DNA of 18,286 nt from Enterococcus phage vB_EfaP_Efmus3. A program made the position numbers and the translations under genes. This document shows, in pieces, positions 15,373 to 18,286 of the stretch (the stretch's first letter is position 1; the number at the start of each line of letters is the position of its first letter). The notes under the pieces are model-generated. The model was not told the origin of the DNA and ran no database searches. It was given only the letters and a program-made list of their open reading frames with translations. The stretch lies in sequence record NC_049936.1. One strand, written 5' to 3'.

Positions 15373-16339
15373 TTTGTTGTTCACCACCTAACTTTTCATT
15401 TAAAATAGTAAGTTTTGTTACCATTTTATCATTCATAACTGGATAAACTTTAGCGCCATAACGTTTATTTAATTTATCCAAACCGTTTTTACGTGATTCA
15501 ATGTTAACGTTACCGTTAGCTGTCTGATAAGCTTCACCCGAATTGCTTTCACTTTCTGTAACACCACTTTCTTTATCAACTCCTAATCCACTTAAACCAA
15601 TCATAGAATTAAGCTCGTTTAAGGCGTTTGAGTATTCTCTTTTTAGTTCAGTCATTAGAGTTGAAATGTTTGAACCGTCGAACGTTTGAATGTGTTCGTC
15701 AGGATCGAAAGCACCTGTAATGTTAACGTAAGGTGCACCGTTGTATAGTGATTCAACGATTTGCTCAGCTGTTTGATCGTTTGGTTCACCTATAATGAAT
15801 GTTGTGATTTTAGATTGCATTTTTAAACTATAACGAGAACAAACAATTTCAGCAAGCTCCATTGCGTAGTGTTTAACAATTTCATAATCACTTGTGTAAT
15901 TCAGAATTTTGTTTCTTAGAACAATAAAGTTACCAGTTTGACAATCGTCAATTTCTGTGATTTCTTTCATGATTGGTAATCGATGTTCTTCTGATACTAA
16001 CCACTGAATATCTCTACCGTCTAAAGGGTCAGAAATTACAAAATTTGCTGGATCTGATACCGTTAATTTATTTGTTGAAATACCGAGTAAACGAATAGCA
16101 CCGCTTCTTGTTTCACCGATAATACAATCATAACCACCTCTTAAGGCTACTTCTACTTTAAGCCAGTCAACCGCTAGCTTTTTGTCGCTTAAATCTACAT
16201 AGGTGATAATAGTAGGTAGAATCTCCAAGTAACGATTGTAGAGAATACGGGCGAACCTATCTCTATGAGTGGTCACCCGTTCTGCTACTTTTAACCGTAA
16301 CTCTGATTCCAACCCGTCGTTAAATTGAGGGTTGAACAT
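15305..16339 (-). CDS. Portal / upper collar (connector) protein (344 aa)
   Basis: Immediately downstream of the MCP gene and about the size of phi29 gp10 or P68 portal. SD AAGGAGGT. Low-complexity N/G/Q-rich C-terminus. Confidence 0.5.
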   Translation of the reverse strand: MFNPQFNDGLESELRLKVAERVTTHRDRFARILYNRYLEILPTIITYVDLSDKKLAVDWLKVEVALRGGYDCIIGETRSGAIRLLGISTNKLTVSDPANFVISDPLDGRDIQWLVSEEHRLPIMKEITEIDDCQTGNFIVLRNKILNYTSDYEIVKHYAMELAEIVCSRYSLKMQSKITTFIIGEPNDQTAEQIVESLYNGAPYVNITGAFDPDEHIQTFDGSNISTLMTELKREYSNALNELNSMIGLSGLGVDKESGVTESESNSGEAYQTANGNVNIESRKNGLDKLNKRYGAKVYPVMNDKMVTKLTILNEKLGGEQQNGSNNNLPNGYPTNGTLETGEE

Positions 16340-16354
16340 TTAAATACCTCCTTG

Positions 16355-17569
16355 TTATACAGTTCCTTCTGGTTCTGTTGGTGCAGTTTTACCTTTTACT
16401 AACACTTTGTTATAGAAAGGACTGATTGCTTTCATTGAGTAGTAGTGAATCCAGTAAGTCACTTCATCAAATTCAGGATTATAGAATGGTGCTTTTAACA
16501 TACCTTTAGTGAAACGATTGTAAACAATTGAGTCAACGTCTAAAATCATAGCCCATAAATCGTTAGAAGGTTTAATTTCTTCGAATTGGTCTGCTACGGT
16601 TGGTAGATATTTAGTAACGTCAAATGTTACTACAGACCCTTTAGGAATAGTAGAGTTTGTTGTTACTTGATAATCTCCTAACGCTTTAAGAGCTGTTACA
16701 ACAGCTTCTGTTACTGGGATATCAGCTTTCGCACGGAATACACCACCTAAGTCAGGAAATGCGATAATACGGTCTGAAAAGTCAATACCGTTAATGTGGT
16801 ATGTGTTAGCGAGTTTACTATCAAGTAAACGAGCTTTAATTTTTGTTGTTGTTAAAATCATCAATTTAGACATATCAGAAACTGTGGTATAACGACCGAT
16901 AGCTCCTCCTGAAGCTTTAGGTGCTTCGTTGTATTTGTCTTGGTTTGTTTGTAAGTTCATCATTTGTTCAGCGATTTGTTCAAACATACCGTCCAAGTTA
17001 TCTACTTCGATTTTTTGAGAATCAGATAATTGGTTCTCAGCATAGTCTACTAACATGCCTTTGATTTGACGTTCTTCGTCTACGTTAATATCAGAGATTT
17101 TCTTTTTGTAAACGGCAATAGCATATTTCACACCATCTTTTAATGTTAACCAGTTTTGACGAACATCGTTATTATTTAATGTAAATTTAACTTTACGAAC
17201 GATTCCGGGTCCATATAATTTAGTAATCATGTCAGGGTAGTTACGTTTCAACATTAACATTTCATCTTTCGATAAATCCATGTTTGTTGGAATAGTATCC
17301 TTAATGACATATTCCTCGCTGTATTGACCTACGAAGTCAACTTCTTGAGCTAACCAGTCAAATGAGTTACCTAAAGCTACTTGAATTAAACGAGTTTCAT
17401 TAAGCTTAGGGAATAAGAATTTGTTAATGAATGTTTCGAATTGCGTTCCTACTGAAGTCCAGTTTTGGCCTAAAGTCCAAGCTTCACCAAATTCATGGTT
17501 GTAGTTGTCTAAGGCAGTTTTTACGTCAGCCGCTAATAAGTTGGCAGCCACTTTCTTGGTTGTTGCCAT
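16355..17569 (-). CDS. Major capsid protein (404 aa)
   Basis: Largest head-region ORF. Follows the scaffold-like and micro-ORFs. SD AGGAGGAG. Size is like the Rountreeviridae MCP (~400 aa). Confidence 0.55.
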   Translation of the reverse strand: MATTKKVAANLLAADVKTALDNYNHEFGEAWTLGQNWTSVGTQFETFINKFLFPKLNETRLIQVALGNSFDWLAQEVDFVGQYSEEYVIKDTIPTNMDLSKDEMLMLKRNYPDMITKLYGPGIVRKVKFTLNNNDVRQNWLTLKDGVKYAIAVYKKKISDINVDEERQIKGMLVDYAENQLSDSQKIEVDNLDGMFEQIAEQMMNLQTNQDKYNEAPKASGGAIGRYTTVSDMSKLMILTTTKIKARLLDSKLANTYHINGIDFSDRIIAFPDLGGVFRAKADIPVTEAVVTALKALGDYQVTTNSTIPKGSVVTFDVTKYLPTVADQFEEIKPSNDLWAMILDVDSIVYNRFTKGMLKAPFYNPEFDEVTYWIHYYSMKAISPFYNKVLVKGKTAPTEPEGTV

Positions 17570-17570
17570 A

Positions 17571-17741
17571 TTATTCTTCTCCTCCTAGGTTGTGTAATTT
17601 TTGTTCGTATTCATCTTGTGATTGTGGTGCGATTGACATAGAAGCATTAAGTTGTTGTTTCATACTGAATTTAGAATCAGTACCAGCTTCTGGCGTTGTC
17701 ATTTTTGGTTCGTGTGAACGTTCTAATTCTGTTGCACTCAT
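17571..17741 (-). CDS. Small protein (56 aa) between scaffold-like gene and MCP; candidate minor capsid ('Arstotzka'-like) protein
   Basis: Not in the track (<60 aa). SD AAAGGAGAG 9 nt upstream. ATGA-coupled to the 28-aa ORF upstream; its stop TAA lies 1 nt before the MCP's ATG. Confidence 0.45.
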   Translation of the reverse strand: MSATELERSHEPKMTTPEAGTDSKFSMKQQLNASMSIAPQSQDEYEQKLHNLGGEE

Positions 17742-17824
17742 TTCTTAGCACTCTCCTTTAATTTCTTTTTTAGTTTTAATAATGCCAATTTTTGGCTAGG
17801 TTTTAACATTTGTTGCACTTTCAT
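17738..17824 (-). CDS. Micro-ORF (28 aa, Lys-rich basic peptide)
   Basis: SD TAGGAGGT 7 nt upstream, overlapping the stop of the acidic gene. Fills an otherwise unexplained 94-nt gap. Sequence MKVQQMLKPSQKLALLKLKKKLKESAKK. Confidence 0.3.
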   Translation of the reverse strand: MKVQQMLKPSQKLALLKLKKKLKESAKK

Positions 17825-17835
17825 AGTGTAACCTC

Positions 17836-18177
17836 CTATAAGTCTAATAACTCAGCGATTTCTTCAGCATCTTCATCTACTGGTTCACCTTGTTCTGAAT
17901 CAGCTCCGATCACATCCATTTCCTCGCTTAAGTCTGTTTCTTCCTCTACAGTGTCAGCTGTTTGAATAGATGGTGTTGCTAGACTTTCAATAGATTGTTG
18001 AATAGCTTTCAATAAATCCATGACTTCTAGCATTGATGGTTCTGGTGTTACATCTGGAATATCAGAAGGTTCTTCTGTAGGTGTTTCGGCTACTGGCTCG
18101 ACAACAGTCTCTACAGCTTCATCTGGTTTTGCTTCTGTATCAACAACTTCCTCTTTGATTTCATCTGGTGTTGGCAT
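17836..18177 (-). CDS. Highly acidic scaffold / inner-core-like protein (113 aa)
   Basis: Asp/Glu/Pro-rich and first in the late operon, like phi29 gp7. Start at ATG 18177 (SD AGAGGTGA), not the SD-less ATG 18195. Confidence 0.5.
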   Translation of the reverse strand: MPTPDEIKEEVVDTEAKPDEAVETVVEPVAETPTEEPSDIPDVTPEPSMLEVMDLLKAIQQSIESLATPSIQTADTVEEETDLSEEMDVIGADSEQGEPVDEDAEEIAELLDL

Positions 18178-18207
18178 GTTTTCACCTCTTTTCATAATAT
18201 AGTAAAA

Positions 18208-18277
18208 TGGTCAAGGGTTTTATCTTCGTTAGTTAGTGTGAATCGTTTGTCACCTCTTTTGTCATTACCCTTGACCA
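18208..18277. repeat. Perfect 10-bp inverted repeat TGGTCAAGGG … CCCTTGACCA with 50-bp spacer, upstream of the late operon
   Basis: Read directly. Only a -10-like TATATT (18196-18201 on the minus strand) has no properly spaced -35. Candidate activator-binding site. Confidence 0.4.
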
Positions 18278-18286
18278 CTCTTATAT

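Noticed and set aside
17431-18202. Plus-strand ORFs 17431-17748 and 18020-18202
   Set aside because: Antisense to MCP and the micro-ORFs, and to the acidic scaffold-like gene. The Ser/Gly/Thr-rich product is a mirror of the acidic gene.
18196-18280. TTGACC…TATATT as a conventional late promoter
   Set aside because: The spacer is only 7 bp, so the pair cannot function as -35/-10. Kept only as a -10-only activator-dependent candidate.
1-18286. Lysogeny module, tRNAs, CRISPR array, inverted terminal repeats
   Set aside because: No integrase or repressor-like ORFs, no cloverleaf-capable tRNA-like segments, no direct-repeat/spacer arrays, and the two window ends are not reverse-complementary.

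Overview
AT-rich (~1/3 GC) window that looks like most or all of a small, strictly lytic, protein-primed podophage genome (phi29-like / Picovirinae-like). Its gene order resembles the 44AHJD/P68 (Rountreeviridae-like) layout more than phi29 itself. It has two convergent arms. The plus-strand arm (1–9386) carries two early operons driven by a duplicated ~80-bp sigma-A-type promoter module (P1 at 112–140, P2 at 6188–6216). Its genes are many tiny ORFs, a bacterial-type SSB, a gp16-like DNA-encapsidation ATPase, a 782-aa family-B protein-primed DNA polymerase (Exo I/II/III, DxxSxYPS, Kx3NSxYG, YCDTDS, KKY all readable), an HTH protein, an HNH homing endonuclease, a CHAP-domain virion-associated peptidoglycan hydrolase and a Zn-ribbon/DUF3310-like gene. 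The minus-strand arm (18177→9402) is the late operon: acidic scaffold-like protein, two micro-ORFs, major capsid protein, portal, lower collar, a tail protein with a complete calcineurin-like metallophosphoesterase domain, a 262-aa structural protein, a phi29 gp9-like tail knob, holin and Amidase_2 endolysin. The arms meet at a bidirectional rho-independent terminator (9375–9400). No integrase, repressor, tRNA, CRISPR or inverted terminal repeat is visible. The host is a low-GC Firmicute; Enterococcus-like is only a guess. The observations most worth a second look are the phosphoesterase-bearing tail protein (candidate teichoic-acid-cleaving receptor-destroying enzyme), the duplicated promoter/operator module, the HNH insertion, the hairpin-bracketed Zn-ribbon/DUF3310 moron, the missing terminal-protein gene and the block of 52–73-aa early proteins.
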